Numbered from the stretch's first letter, positions 28,959 through 43,608 are shown. The stretch: 64,000 bases of DNA from an uncultured Candidatus Saccharibacteria bacterium (GCA_964629675.1 CAZVUG010000005.1:5806-69805); one strand, 5' to 3'. Program-made: numbers and translations. Notes: generated by a model not told the origin, from the sequence alone.

Positions 28959-31900
28959 TATTCTAAAATTTTAACATTGTCACAGAGAATTTTCAAGTTC
29001 TCGTCGCGATCGCTCAATTTGCCGCTGACAACAATAATTTTTTCTTCTTGCCAGGCAGTAGAAGTTTGTTCTAGCACCTTTGGGAAGACTAAAACTTCTG
29101 CTCGGCCAGTAGTGTCTTCTACTTCGACAAAAAGCATTGGCTGGCCGGCTCTCGTGTTGGCTCTTTGAACCTTGTTAATAATGCAGCTAATTTTTACCCG
29201 GTGGCTTCTACTTCTAGGCGATTTAGCCAGAGCTCGACAAGAAGTAACGCTGCTACCTAATTCTTTTTGCCATTTTTTAAGAGGATGTTCAGAGATGTAA
29301 AGACCGACTAACTCTTTTTCCCAGCTTAAGCAGTCTTTTTGGCTGGCTGGAGTAACTTCCGCCATTCTTAAAGAAGGAACCTCTACTTGAGTTTGACTGC
29401 CAAATAAGCTTACCTGGCCGCTGTTTCTTGCTTTTTGAATTTCTCGAGCTAAACCAAGAATTTGATCCAAAGAAAGAAGCAGCTGATTTCTTTCGCCAAA
29501 AATATCTAAAGCGCCGCATTTAATTAGGCTTTCCAGAGATTTTTTATTAAGGTCTTTTGACTCCACTCTTTCAATAAAATCAGTGATAGATTTAAAGGGG
29601 CCATTCTTCTTTCTTTCTTCAACAATGCTGTCAACAACATTATGGCCGACATTTTTTATTGCGTTAAGGCCAAAACGAATAACTCCCTTGCCAGCTGTGG
29701 TAAAATTTTGTTCACTTTCATTAATATGCGGCGGAGCTACTTTAATATTAATTTGATTGCAGGCATCTACCAAAAAAGCAATTCTCTCAATATCATTTTG
29801 CTCAGAAGTCATTAAAGCAGCCATAAATTCAGCGGGATAATGCGCTTTTAAATAAGCAGTCCAGTAACCAATGGTTGCGTAACAACAGCTATGTGCTCGA
29901 TTAAAGCCGTATCTGGCAAAGGGTTCGACAGTGCTCCAAATTTCTTCGGCTACTTTTCTTTCGATCTGGTTCTTAACCATTCCTTCAATCATTTTATCTC
30001 TCTGTTCGTCAAGGAGCTTTTTAATTTTTTTGCCGACAGCTTTTCTTAGAACATCTGCTTCAATTGGACTGAAACCGGCTAAGTCTTGGGCAATAAGCAT
30101 CAGTTGCTCTTGATAAACACAGATTCCATAAGTATTTTCTAAAATTGGTTTAAGATCTGGGTGAAGATATTTAACTTTTTTCAAACCTTTTTTTCTGGCG
30201 ATAAATTCAGGAATAAATTCCATCGGGCCTGGGCGATAAAGAGCGACCATGGCAATAATATCTTCAAATTGGGTAGGCTGAAGCAGCTTTAAATATCTTT
30301 TCATTCCCGAACTTTCTAATTGGAAAACACCGGTGGTGTTAGCTTCTTGGAATAATTTAAATGTTTCTAAGTCATCTAGCGGGGCATTACTTAAATTAAC
30401 TTCTTTTTGCTGGGATTTTTTTATCAAGCTAGCAGTATTTTGAATAACAGTTAGAGTTTTTAACCCAAGAAAATCCATTTTTAGAAGACCTAAATCTTCG
30501 ACGGCATGCATTTCATACTGAGTTACAATTGCTTCTTGATCTTGGGTTGGATGCTGTCGGGGGACTAAATTATCAATATCATCTTTAGTGATAACTACGC
30601 CGGCTGCATGGGTAGACACGTGTCGAGCACATCCTTCAAGCTTCATCGACATATCAATTAAACGTTTGACATTTTCATCTGATTCATAACTTTTGTGTAG
30701 TTCCTGTGATTCGTGGATAGCTCTTTCTAAAGAAAGTCCAGGCGGAATCATTTTAGCTACTTGATCGCAGAAATTATATGAATAATCTAAAACTCTGCCG
30801 ACATCTCTAATAGCTGCTCGGGCAGCCATTGTCCCAAAAGTAATAATCTGAGCTACTTGATTTCGGCCATATTTTTTTGAGACATAGCCAATAACTTCAT
30901 CTCGGCGGTCATCAGCAAAATCTAAATCAATATCAGGCATGCTGGTTGTGCGTCCGGGATTTAAAAACCTTTCAAAAAGCAAATTATATTTCAAAGGATC
31001 AATTTCGGTAATTTCGAGAAGATAGGAAACTATCGATCCAGCTGCTGAACCTCTCCCTGGTCCAGTCCCAATTTTTTGCGATTTGGCCCAGCTAACAAAA
31101 TCTTGGACAATTAAGAAGTAAGAGGCAAAACCTATTTTTTTAATAACATCTAATTCATGCTCAAGCCGTGCAAAAACTTCTGGATCTGGGTTTGCTCCAT
31201 AGCGCTGAGGTATCCTTTCCCGGCATGATTTTTCTAAAAATTCATAAGGAGTTTGTCCAGCTGGCACTTCATAGTAGGGAAGCTGTAATTTACCTAATTC
31301 AAATTCAAAATTGCATTGACTAGCTATCTTTTGGGTATTTTCAATAGCTTCCGGAACATCTTTAAAATCTTCAATCATTTGTTCTGTCGGTCGGAGAGAG
31401 AAATCATCACTTTTCATCGAACGAGTTTCATCTTTAATGCTTTTGTCAGTTTGGATTCTCATTAAAATATCCTGCGCTTCAGCATCCTCTGGCTTGATAT
31501 AATGAACATCGTTGGTGGCAATCAAAGGTATGCTATATTTCTTGGCTATTTCAATAATTCCTTTATTAACAATAGCCTGCTCGGGGATATTAGGATGATG
31601 CTGGAGCTCTAAATAGAAATTTCCTTTGCCAAAGATTTCTTGATATTCTAAAGCTGTTTTTTCAGCAACTTCTCTTTCTCCGCTAAGAATTTTCCTGGGA
31701 ATTTCTCCGCTAAGACAAGCGGAAGAAGCAATTAGCCCTTGGCTATGTTTTTTTAAGATCTCTTTGTCAATTCGCGGCTTGTAATAAAAACCTTCCAAAT
31801 GAGCTTTTGTTGTCAATTTGACTAAATTACGATAGCCCTCAGCATTTTTAACTAAGAGAAGCAAATGGTAGCGCTGCTTATCGATGTTCGGTCTTTTTTG

Positions 31901-32128
31901 CAGCATCCCGTTAGGGGCTAGATACATTTCACTGCCAAGAATCGGTCGGATGCCTCTTTTTTTGGCCTTCTGGTAAAATTCAACTAGGCCGTACATTGAA
32001 CCGTGATCAGTCAGGGCGATAGAAGACATTTTTAATTCTTGACAGGCATCTAAAATTTGATCTATTTTTGCTAAACCATCAAGAAGAGAATAATGGCTAT
32101 GAACATGTAAATGGGTAAAACGCATCAT
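28958..32128 (-). CDS. dnaE: DNA polymerase III alpha subunit
   Basis: HLHVHSHYSLLDG PHP domain, GRGSAAGS, PDIDLDF, HAAGVVI, C-terminal OB fold. Confidence 0.98.
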   Translation of the reverse strand: MMRFTHLHVHSHYSLLDGLAKIDQILDACQELKMSSIALTDHGSMYGLVEFYQKAKKRGIRPILGSEMYLAPNGMLQKRPNIDKQRYHLLLLVKNAEGYRNLVKLTTKAHLEGFYYKPRIDKEILKKHSQGLIASSACLSGEIPRKILSGEREVAEKTALEYQEIFGKGNFYLELQHHPNIPEQAIVNKGIIEIAKKYSIPLIATNDVHYIKPEDAEAQDILMRIQTDKSIKDETRSMKSDDFSLRPTEQMIEDFKDVPEAIENTQKIASQCNFEFELGKLQLPYYEVPAGQTPYEFLEKSCRERIPQRYGANPDPEVFARLEHELDVIKKIGFASYFLIVQDFVSWAKSQKIGTGPGRGSAAGSIVSYLLEITEIDPLKYNLLFERFLNPGRTTSMPDIDLDFADDRRDEVIGYVSKKYGRNQVAQIITFGTMAARAAIRDVGRVLDYSYNFCDQVAKMIPPGLSLERAIHESQELHKSYESDENVKRLIDMSMKLEGCARHVSTHAAGVVITKDDIDNLVPRQHPTQDQEAIVTQYEMHAVEDLGLLKMDFLGLKTLTVIQNTASLIKKSQQKEVNLSNAPLDDLETFKLFQEANTTGVFQLESSGMKRYLKLLQPTQFEDIIAMVALYRPGPMEFIPEFIARKKGLKKVKYLHPDLKPILENTYGICVYQEQLMLIAQDLAGFSPIEADVLRKAVGKKIKKLLDEQRDKMIEGMVKNQIERKVAEEIWSTVEPFARYGFNRAHSCCYATIGYWTAYLKAHYPAEFMAALMTSEQNDIERIAFLVDACNQINIKVAPPHINESEQNFTTAGKGVIRFGLNAIKNVGHNVVDSIVEERKKNGPFKSITDFIERVESKDLNKKSLESLIKCGALDIFGERNQLLLSLDQILGLAREIQKARNSGQVSLFGSQTQVEVPSLRMAEVTPASQKDCLSWEKELVGLYISEHPLKKWQKELGSSVTSCRALAKSPRSRSHRVKISCIINKVQRANTRAGQPMLFVEVEDTTGRAEVLVFPKVLEQTSTAWQEEKIIVVSGKLSDRDENLKILCDNVKILE

Positions 32129-32226
32129 AATTTTAATAGTTATATTAATTCAGTATATCATTTTTAATTTTACTGGCAACCTTGCCTTTATTGAAATTAG
32201 CCTGGATATTATTGTATACTAAATAT

Positions 32227-34314
32227 ATGAATAAATCAGAAGCAGGCAGGAGAATCAAACAATTAAGAAAAGCCATTAGTTATCATAGCTACCATTATCA
32301 TGTCTTGGATGATCCGGAAATATCTGATGCTGCTTTTGATTCTTTAAAACATGATCTTTCAAAATTGGAGCAACAGTATCCTGATTTGATTACTGTTGAT
32401 TCGCCGACGCAAAGAGTTAGCGGCGAGCCTTTAGCAGAATTTAAAAAAGTGCAGCATCAGAAGCCAATGCTTTCCTTAGAAGATATTTTTTCTGAGACAG
32501 AGCTTTATCAATGGAGAGACAGAATTAAAAAAATTGCCCAAGAAAAGGGTTTGGCTGAAGCATTTGCCAAAACTAAATATTTTGCTGAATTAAAAATAGA
32601 TGGTTTTGCTATTACTTTAATCTATCAAAATGGCCAGTTTGTCCAAGGATCAACAAGAGGCAATGGGAAAATAGGGGAAGATGTTACCCAGAATCTAAGG
32701 ACAATTGAGTCAATTCCTTTGAATATTAAAATACATCAAGGAATAGGAAACGAGAAAATCGAAGAAAGAATAAGGCAGCTTTTACAAAAAGGCAAGATAG
32801 AAATTCGCGGAGAAGTTTATATGGATAAAGAAAGTTTTGCCAAGGTTAACCAGGAAAGAGATCAGAAAGGATTGCCGCCTTACGCTAATCCCCGCAATCT
32901 AGCTGCAGGCAGCATTAGGCAGCTTGATCCGAAAGTAGCTGCTTCTCGCAAATTAGCTTTCCTTGCTTATGGCATTGCTACTGACTTAGGTCAGAAAGAG
33001 CATCATCAAGAGCACCAAATTGCCAAGGCCTTAGGTTTTAAAACTGACCAAGGAAAACTTTTGCTTAAGTTAGAAAAAGTTCTTGATTTCAGGGAAGAGA
33101 TAAGAGAAAAAAGAAAAAATTTGCCCTATCAAATTGATGGGATAGTTATTAATGTTGATGACAAGAAAATTTTTACTGAATTAGGCGTAGCTGGCAAAGC
33201 TCCCCGGGGAGCAATTGCCTTGAAATTTCCTGGCAAAGAAGCAACAACTAGAATCAAAGATATTATTATCCAAGTTGGCCGGACGGGTATTCTAACACCA
33301 GTAGCTGTTTTAGAGCCAGTCAAAATAGACGGGGTGACTATCACACGAGCTACTTTGCATAATATAGATGAAATCAAGAGATTGGATGTTAGGATTAACG
33401 ATACGGTTATTGTTGCTAGGGCCGGTGATGTTATTCCGCAAGTTGTTAGGACAATTAAAGAAATGCGCAACGGACAGGAAAAGAAATTCCGAATGCCGCA
33501 AAAATGTCCAATTTGTGGCTCGCCAACATACCAAAAAGCGGGAGAAGTCTATTATCGTTGCCAGAATAAAAATTGCGGAGCTCGCCATCTAAAAGAATTA
33601 ATCTATTTTGTTTCTAAAAAAGGATTTGACATTGACGGATTAGGGCCTAAAATAATTAAGCAGCTAATGGATGAAGGGTTAGTCTCTGGATTTGTTGATA
33701 TTTTCTATCTAACAAAAGGAGATTTGCTTCCTTTAGAAAGATTTGCTGATAAATCAGCTGAAAATTTAATTGAGGCAATTAACAAAAGCAAGAAAGTATC
33801 TTTAACTAATTTTATCAATGCTTTAAATATTCCTTATGTTGGCGAAGAGACTTCTCTTTTGTTAATTAAAGAGATTGGAAAAATAAATAGGGATATAAAA
33901 AATATTGATGATTTTGTCAAAACAATTAGAAATCTCTCACTAGAAGAGTTGCGAGGAATTGCCGATATTGGTCCAGTTGTTAGCCAAAGCATTAATGAGT
34001 GGTTTAAAGATGAAAGAAATCTGCAATTAATCCGAGATTTAACAAAAGCCGGAGTTGAAATTAAAATTCAGCAAACTAAAACATTAACTAAACTGAAAGA
34101 AAGAAATTTTGTTTTTACCGGCGAACTAAAAAGCTTAACTCGCGATCAAGCTAAGAATGAAGTGAGACGGTTGGGCGGTCATATTTCTTCCTCGGTTTCT
34201 CGAAATACTGATTTTGTTGTTGCCGGAGATAATCCGGGATCTAAATATGAGCAGGCGCAAAAACTTAAAGTTAGAATTATTAGCGAAGAGGAATTTTTAA
34301 AAATAATTAAATAA
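32227..34314 (+). CDS. ligA: NAD-dependent DNA ligase
   Basis: ELKIDG, NPRNLAAGS, GRTG, CPIC zinc finger, BRCT; likely start ATG 32227. Confidence 0.98.
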   Translation: MNKSEAGRRIKQLRKAISYHSYHYHVLDDPEISDAAFDSLKHDLSKLEQQYPDLITVDSPTQRVSGEPLAEFKKVQHQKPMLSLEDIFSETELYQWRDRIKKIAQEKGLAEAFAKTKYFAELKIDGFAITLIYQNGQFVQGSTRGNGKIGEDVTQNLRTIESIPLNIKIHQGIGNEKIEERIRQLLQKGKIEIRGEVYMDKESFAKVNQERDQKGLPPYANPRNLAAGSIRQLDPKVAASRKLAFLAYGIATDLGQKEHHQEHQIAKALGFKTDQGKLLLKLEKVLDFREEIREKRKNLPYQIDGIVINVDDKKIFTELGVAGKAPRGAIALKFPGKEATTRIKDIIIQVGRTGILTPVAVLEPVKIDGVTITRATLHNIDEIKRLDVRINDTVIVARAGDVIPQVVRTIKEMRNGQEKKFRMPQKCPICGSPTYQKAGEVYYRCQNKNCGARHLKELIYFVSKKGFDIDGLGPKIIKQLMDEGLVSGFVDIFYLTKGDLLPLERFADKSAENLIEAINKSKKVSLTNFINALNIPYVGEETSLLLIKEIGKINRDIKNIDDFVKTIRNLSLEELRGIADIGPVVSQSINEWFKDERNLQLIRDLTKAGVEIKIQQTKTLTKLKERNFVFTGELKSLTRDQAKNEVRRLGGHISSSVSRNTDFVVAGDNPGSKYEQAQKLKVRIISEEEFLKIIK

Positions 34315-34317
34315 TTT

Positions 34318-34596
34318 ATGATAGATATTAATCATATAGCTAAGCTAGCCCGGTTGGGCCTTAATAAAAAAGAAAAGAAAAAATTCGAGAAAGATCTCGG
34401 AGATATTTTGAATTTTATCAATAAACTCAAAGAAGTTAAAACTGATAATATTGAGCCGACTGCTCAGGTAACAGGCCTAGAGAATGTAACTCGGGAAGAT
34501 AAGTTTAGAAAAAAAGGGAAACAAGAGCGGGAAAAATTATTAGATTTATTTCCAGATAGAGAAAAAGAATATCTTAAAGTTAAAAACGTACTATAA
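34318..34596 (+). CDS. gatC: Asp/Glu-tRNA amidotransferase subunit C
   Basis: IAKLARL, RED; precedes gatA. Confidence 0.93.
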   Translation: MIDINHIAKLARLGLNKKEKKKFEKDLGDILNFINKLKEVKTDNIEPTAQVTGLENVTREDKFRKKGKQEREKLLDLFPDREKEYLKVKNVL

Positions 34597-34611
34597 TCTC
34601 CTAACAATTTT

Positions 34612-36030
34612 ATGGAATTAACTAAACTTAACATCAGGCAAGCTCATCAAGGTTTAATAAAAAAAGATTTTTCAGCAGTTGAGCTTACAGAATCATTTTT
34701 AAATAAGGCTAAAAGGCAGGAAAAAGACATTCATGCTTATTTGTCCTTTGCTGAAGAAAAAGCACTGAATCAAGCTAAAAAAATAGACGAAAGAATCAAA
34801 AATAATGAGGAAATTGGACTTTTAGCTGGTTTGCCGATGGCTGTCAAAGATATCATTATGGTCGATGACATAAAATGTACGGCTGGCTCTAAAATTTTAG
34901 AAAATTATCTAGCTCCTTATGATGCAACAGTAATTAAGAAATTAAAAAAAGAAGGGGCAGTTATTATTGGCAAAACAAACTTAGATGAATTTGCCATGGG
35001 CTCTTCGACAGAAAACTCTGGCTTTGGACCGACCAAGAATCCATACGATCACTCAAGGGTGCCTGGCGGATCTTCTGGCGGTTCAGCGGCAACAATTGCT
35101 GCTGAAGGAGCTCTCTATTCTTTAGGCACTGATACAGGGGGATCTATTCGTCAGCCCTCTTCTTTTTGCGGAGTAGTTGGCTTAAAACCAACTTATGGCA
35201 GGGTATCTCGATATGGGCTAATCGCTTTTGCCTCATCTTTAGATCAAATTGGCCCAATTACCAAGACAGTAGATGATGCGAGAATAGTTTTTGAGGCAAT
35301 TAAAGGAAAAGACGGAATGGATTCGACAAGCCTTAATCCTCTTCAAAAAGAAGAACCTTATACTGGGATAAAAGGATTAAAAATAGGGGTACCGAAAGAA
35401 TATTTTATCGAAGGTTTGGATGAGAAAGTAAAGGAAGCGGTCCAAAAAGCTATTTCTTTCTATCAGGAAAAGGGGGCTAAAATAGAAGAAATTAGTCTGC
35501 CGCATACTGATTATGCTTTGCCTTGCTATTATATTATCATGCCAGCTGAAGCTTCAGCTAATCTGGAGCGTTATGATGGCATTAGATACGGCCTTTCAGA
35601 AAGAGGAAAGAATCTTTTAGAGGGATATCTTTTGACAAGGCAAAAAGGGTTCGGTGACGAAGTTAGAAGAAGGATTATGCTGGGAACTTATACTCTTTCA
35701 GCTGGTTATTATGATGCTTATTATCTTAAAGCCCAAAAAGTTAGAACGAAAATTTCCGAAGATTTTAAAAAAGCATTTGAAAAAGTTGATATTTTAATGG
35801 GGCCAACTTGTCCATCCGTTGCTTTTAAAATAGGGGAAAAAATAAATAATCCTGTTTCAATGTACCTTTCTGATGTCTATACTGCTCCAGTCAACTTAGC
35901 TGGGCTACCGGCGGTTTCTATTCCTTGCGGCAATTCATCTGAAAATTTGCCTATTGGTCTGCAAATTATTGGTAATCATTTTGCCGAAGAAAAAATATTA
36001 TCAATAGCTGAAGAATACGAAAAAATATGA
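34612..36030 (+). CDS. gatA: Asp/Glu-tRNA amidotransferase subunit A
   Basis: [32 protein letters not shown]. Confidence 0.98.
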   Translation: MELTKLNIRQAHQGLIKKDFSAVELTESFLNKAKRQEKDIHAYLSFAEEKALNQAKKIDERIKNNEEIGLLAGLPMAVKDIIMVDDIKCTAGSKILENYLAPYDATVIKKLKKEGAVIIGKTNLDEFAMGSSTENSGFGPTKNPYDHSRVPGGSSGGSAATIAAEGALYSLGTDTGGSIRQPSSFCGVVGLKPTYGRVSRYGLIAFASSLDQIGPITKTVDDARIVFEAIKGKDGMDSTSLNPLQKEEPYTGIKGLKIGVPKEYFIEGLDEKVKEAVQKAISFYQEKGAKIEEISLPHTDYALPCYYIIMPAEASANLERYDGIRYGLSERGKNLLEGYLLTRQKGFGDEVRRRIMLGTYTLSAGYYDAYYLKAQKVRTKISEDFKKAFEKVDILMGPTCPSVAFKIGEKINNPVSMYLSDVYTAPVNLAGLPAVSIPCGNSSENLPIGLQIIGNHFAEEKILSIAEEYEKI

Positions 36031-36563
36031 GAACATTTCTTTTAGAAGTTTATGATTTTTTGTATGTATATGTCTCTTCTTCTAATTGGCAGCAGAAGAT
36101 TTTTATCTATAAAATTATTTCTTTAATTATCTCTCTGATTTTACTAACTTTTATTCTTATTTTGATTTTCCGCATTAAATCAAATATTAAAAAATCTTTT
36201 ACTAGAATAACGGAAAGTCTTTTGGGAAAATCTTTACCAGGCAAAACAGATAAAAAATGGGATTCTATTATAAAGAAGATAGAAGGTGAAGATGAGGGGA
36301 ATTATAAATTAGCGATAATTGAAGCTGATACAATGCTTGATGATGTCTTGAAAAAAATTGGCTTTACAGGAGAAGATATGGGGGAGCGCCTGAAACAAGT
36401 AACTCCTCAGCAAATAAGCAATATTGAAGAAGTCTGGGAAGCTCATAAAATGCGCAATAAAATTGCCCATCAAATGGAATTTCGTGTTTCTCAGTCAGAA
36501 GCTGAAAGAGCAATTGAAATTTATCAACGAGCCTTAGAAGATTTATCGGGGATAGAGGAGTAA
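36027..36563 (+). CDS. Membrane-anchored hypothetical protein with HEPN-like RNxxAH motif
   Basis: N-terminal TM; AIIEAD...GEDMGERLK...[10 protein letters not shown]; ATGA overlap with gatA. Confidence 0.75.
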   Translation: MRTFLLEVYDFLYVYVSSSNWQQKIFIYKIISLIISLILLTFILILIFRIKSNIKKSFTRITESLLGKSLPGKTDKKWDSIIKKIEGEDEGNYKLAIIEADTMLDDVLKKIGFTGEDMGERLKQVTPQQISNIEEVWEAHKMRNKIAHQMEFRVSQSEAERAIEIYQRALEDLSGIEE

Positions 36564-36587
36564 AAGTTATAATTTAATTAGAGGAAT

Positions 36588-36618
36588 AAAAAAATAGCAC
36601 ATTTGTGCTAGTTTTTTT
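36588..36618. terminator. Bidirectional terminator
   Basis: A7-TAGCAC-ATTT-GTGCTA-G-T7. Confidence 0.7.
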
Positions 36619-36641
36619 ACAAAAGTTCCAGCTTAAAAATC

Positions 36642-36719
36642 TGGCGGGGACGATGGGATTTGAACCCACGACCTCCTGCGTGACAAGCAGGCGTTCACTC
36701 CGGGCTGAACTACGTCCCC
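36642..36719 (-). tRNA. tRNA-Asp (GTC), CCA encoded
   Basis: GGGGACG/CGTCCCC-G-CCA; CCTGC-TTGTCAC-GCAGG. Confidence 0.95.
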
Positions 36720-36725
36720 ATCTAG

Positions 36726-36799
36726 TAGCGGCGACAGGAATCGAACCTGTAACCTTGGGCTTATGAGTCCCACGCTCTAACCGATTGAGCTACGCCGCC
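36726..36799 (-). tRNA. tRNA-Met elongator (CAT; Ile2 not excluded), CCA not encoded
   Basis: GGCGGCG/CGCCGCT-A; TGGGA-CTCATAA-GCCCA; ACAGG-TTCGATT-CCTGT. Confidence 0.88.
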
Positions 36800-36811
36800 A
36801 CAAAATTAATG

Positions 36812-36882
36812 TTGCGGGACCGGGAATTGCACCCGGGTCTTGAGGTTATGGGCCTCATGAGATACTACTTCTCTACCCCGCA
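36812..36882 (-). tRNA. Initiator-like tRNA-fMet (CAT), atypical
   Basis: TGCGGGG/TCCCGCA-A acceptor, A11-U24, TGAGG-CCCATAA-CCTCA, T-loop TGCAATT; promoter TTGCAA-17-TATAAT(36893-36888). Confidence 0.8.
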
Positions 36883-36961
36883 AAACTATTATAAAGGATA
36901 GTTTTTTTAATTGCAAGCACTTGTTTTGTTATCTTAAATAAGTTAAAATAAAAATGTAGAT

Positions 36962-37348
36962 ATGAAATTAGGCAGTTACTTTTCTTGGTTGATTATAACA
37001 ACTCTAATAGCGCTTGCTTCGTTAGTGGCTATTTTAATTTATCTTAGCCCAGATTCAGCAGATTATTCGATTTTTATCTTATTTTATTTAAGCTTACTTA
37101 TTGCGTCGACAGGAATTTTTACCATAATTGGTTGGATTATCAGATGGGTTTCCCAAAGAAAAAGTTTAAAATTATCTCGCTCGCGCGCTTTGCGCCAATT
37201 AGAAATATCTTTTCGCCAAGGAACTCTTTTATCTTGCATCCTAATCTCTGTATTAATTTTACAAGATAAAAGAATTTTAACCTGGTGGCATATGATAACA
37301 ATCGTTCTGATAGTTGGTTTAGCAGAGTGGTGGCTATCTCGCAGATAA
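36962..37348 (+). CDS. Hypothetical 4-TM membrane protein
   Basis: Four hydrophobic segments, SFRQG motif; first gene of the pheST-gyrB run. Confidence 0.8.
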   Translation: MKLGSYFSWLIITTLIALASLVAILIYLSPDSADYSIFILFYLSLLIASTGIFTIIGWIIRWVSQRKSLKLSRSRALRQLEISFRQGTLLSCILISVLILQDKRILTWWHMITIVLIVGLAEWWLSRR

Positions 37349-37371
37349 TTAAAATAATTTAAAATTAATCA

Positions 37372-38346
37372 ATGTTTAACGAATTAAAAGAAAATTTTAT
37401 AGAAAAAATAAACCAATCTAAAAATTTGGCAGAATTAGAGATTGCTTATCGCGATTATCTCGGCCGGAAAGGGAAACTGACGGAAATTCTACGCTCTCTA
37501 AAAGATTTGTCTGAAAAAGAGAAAAAAGAAAAAGGCCGAGCGGCTAATCAAATTAAGCAAGAAATTAATCAGCTATTTGAAGATAAAAAGGAAGAAATTC
37601 AAAGCAATGAGCAAAAAACAAAGAATAAAGAATGGATTGATATAACTGCTCCGGGGAAAAAATCTCCCCAAGGCCATCTTCATCCAATCAGCATTATTAG
37701 AAGAGAAATTGAGGAAATTTTTCAATCAATGGGTTTTTCTGTTATCGAAGGGCCAGAAGTAGAAAATGAATATTATAATTTTGATGCTTTAAATATTCCG
37801 CAGAACCATCCAGCCCGGGATGTCTGGGATACTTTTTGGCTTAAGAATAAAATGCTTTTGCGAACCCATACTTCACCGATGCAGATTAGGTATATGGAAA
37901 AGAATAATCCTCCTTTGAGAATTATTGTTCCGGGAAAAGTTTTTCGCCATGAAAGAACTGATTCTTCCCACGATGTGCAGTTTTATCAGGTGGAGGGATT
38001 AATGGTTGGTAAAGATGTTTCCGTAGCTAATTTTAAGGGCTTGACGGAAGAATTCTTTAAAAGATTTTTTGGCCCGCAAGTAGAAATGCGTCTTCGTTCA
38101 TCTTATTTTCCTTTTACTGAACCAAGTTTTGAAGTTGATATCAAAAGAAAAGGCAGCCAGTGGTTAGAAATACTTGGTGCCGGCATGGTTCATCCGAATG
38201 TCTTAAAAGCAGTTGGCTATAATCCTAAGGAGTGGCAAGGTTTTGCTTTTGGCATGGGCGTAGACAGGTTAGCTATGATTAAATATCAAATTGACGATAT
38301 TAGATTGTTTTATAACGGAGATTTAAGATTTTTAGAACAATTTTAA
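37372..38346 (+). CDS. pheS: Phenylalanine--tRNA ligase alpha
   Basis: HPARD, LRTHTS, YFPFTEPS, GFAFGMGVDR. Confidence 0.98.
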   Translation: MFNELKENFIEKINQSKNLAELEIAYRDYLGRKGKLTEILRSLKDLSEKEKKEKGRAANQIKQEINQLFEDKKEEIQSNEQKTKNKEWIDITAPGKKSPQGHLHPISIIRREIEEIFQSMGFSVIEGPEVENEYYNFDALNIPQNHPARDVWDTFWLKNKMLLRTHTSPMQIRYMEKNNPPLRIIVPGKVFRHERTDSSHDVQFYQVEGLMVGKDVSVANFKGLTEEFFKRFFGPQVEMRLRSSYFPFTEPSFEVDIKRKGSQWLEILGAGMVHPNVLKAVGYNPKEWQGFAFGMGVDRLAMIKYQIDDIRLFYNGDLRFLEQF

Positions 38347-38364
38347 TTATTTTATTAATTATTC

Positions 38365-42334
<3,970 letters not shown>

Positions 42335-42341
42335 TTTTTAT

Positions 42342-42370
42342 TTGACATAATTTAATTTTAGATATAGGAT
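42342..42370 (+). promoter_or_regulatory. Promoter of secE-nusG-rplK
   Basis: TTGACA-17bp-TAGGAT. Confidence 0.6.
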
Positions 42371-42409
42371 AAGGGATATTAATACCCTGTCGGGTCTTTT
42401 TTAAAACCA

Positions 42410-42610
42410 ATGAAAATAAGTCAATTACCTCAAAAAGGAATAACTTTTTTAAAAGAAGTTCGCCACGAACTTAGGCGGGTGACTTGGCCTACGCGGCAAG
42501 AAGCTATTAAGCATACTTTAATAGTTATTGGCGTTAGCTTAGGAGTAGCCGCTTTTTTGGGCGGTTTAGACTTGCTTTTCAGTTGGCTTTTAAATAATTT
42601 TGTGATTTAA
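42410..42610 (+). CDS. secE: Preprotein translocase SecE
   Basis: ELRRVTWPTR plus one TM. Confidence 0.95.
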   Translation: MKISQLPQKGITFLKEVRHELRRVTWPTRQEAIKHTLIVIGVSLGVAAFLGGLDLLFSWLLNNFVI

Positions 42611-42616
42611 AGTATT

Positions 42617-43159
42617 ATGCCCAAACAAGTACAACAAGGGAGAAATTGGTACGCTATTCATACTTATTCTGGCTATGAAGAAGCAGTTGCGAGAAATTTA
42701 AAGCAACGAATTGAATCTATGGGAATGGAAGATAAGATTTTTAATGTTCTGGTGCCGACAGAAAAAAAGTATAAAATTAAAGGTGGCAAGAGGAAGCTAG
42801 TCGAAGAAAAAATATACCAAGGTTATGTCTTAGTCGAAATGATTGTCACTGATAATTCGTGGTATGTTATTAGAAATACTCCGCGAGTAACTGGCTTTAT
42901 TGGGGCTGGAACAGTGCCAACGCCAATTTCTAATGAAGAAATAAAATCTCTGCAAAAAAGGATGGGTGTTGAAGAGCCAGAATACAAGATTGATTTAGCT
43001 ATAGGAGATCCTGTTAAAATTACTGACGGACCTTTTAAGGATTCCGATGGAAAAGTTTCTGAGATAGACGAGAAAGGCGGTAAGGTCAAAGTACTTATTC
43101 CAATGTTTGGTCGGGAAACGCCGATTGAATTGGATTTTCTCCAAGTAAGAAAATTATAA
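42617..43159 (+). CDS. nusG: Transcription factor NusG
   Basis: [28 protein letters not shown]. Confidence 0.98.
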   Translation: MPKQVQQGRNWYAIHTYSGYEEAVARNLKQRIESMGMEDKIFNVLVPTEKKYKIKGGKRKLVEEKIYQGYVLVEMIVTDNSWYVIRNTPRVTGFIGAGTVPTPISNEEIKSLQKRMGVEEPEYKIDLAIGDPVKITDGPFKDSDGKVSEIDEKGGKVKVLIPMFGRETPIELDFLQVRKL

Positions 43160-43163
43160 AAAA

Positions 43164-43583
43164 ATGAAACCTATAAAAACAATTATTAAACTACAAATTG
43201 CTGCTGGTCAGGCTAATCCAGCTCCGCCAGTTGGCCCAGCTTTAGGGCAGCACGGATTAAATATTCAAGAATTTTGCTCTAAGTTCAATGAAGCAACAAA
43301 AGATAAAGGAGGCGAGATTGTTCCCGTGGAAATTACGGTTTATGAAGATCAGACTTTTACTTTTAAAATGAAAACTCCGCCAGCGGCTGAATTGCTGAAA
43401 AAAGCTGCTGGAGTAGAAAAAGGTTCGGGCGAGCCACATAAAAACAAAGTAGGCAAAGTTAGTAAAGAACAAATTCGCCAAATTGCCGAAAAGAAGATGG
43501 TTGATTTAAATGCTTATTCTGTAGAACAGGCAGAAAAGATTGTTGAAGGAACAGCTCGTTCAATGGGAATTGAAGTCAAGTAA
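43164..43583 (+). CDS. rplK: 50S ribosomal protein L11
   Basis: [22 protein letters not shown]. Confidence 0.98.
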   Translation: MKPIKTIIKLQIAAGQANPAPPVGPALGQHGLNIQEFCSKFNEATKDKGGEIVPVEITVYEDQTFTFKMKTPPAAELLKKAAGVEKGSGEPHKNKVGKVSKEQIRQIAEKKMVDLNAYSVEQAEKIVEGTARSMGIEVK

Positions 43584-43608
43584 TTTTTAAATATTGCAAA
43601 AAAGTATG

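Noticed and set aside
28958-32128. Inteins or introns in dnaE, gyrB, ligA or thyX
   Set aside because: dnaE, gyrB and ligA have normal lengths; the thyX insert lacks C/S...HN splice-junction motifs.
42372-42402. Alternative hairpins in the secE leader
   Set aside because: Stems are only about 4 bp and the upstream arm mostly precedes the predicted TSS.
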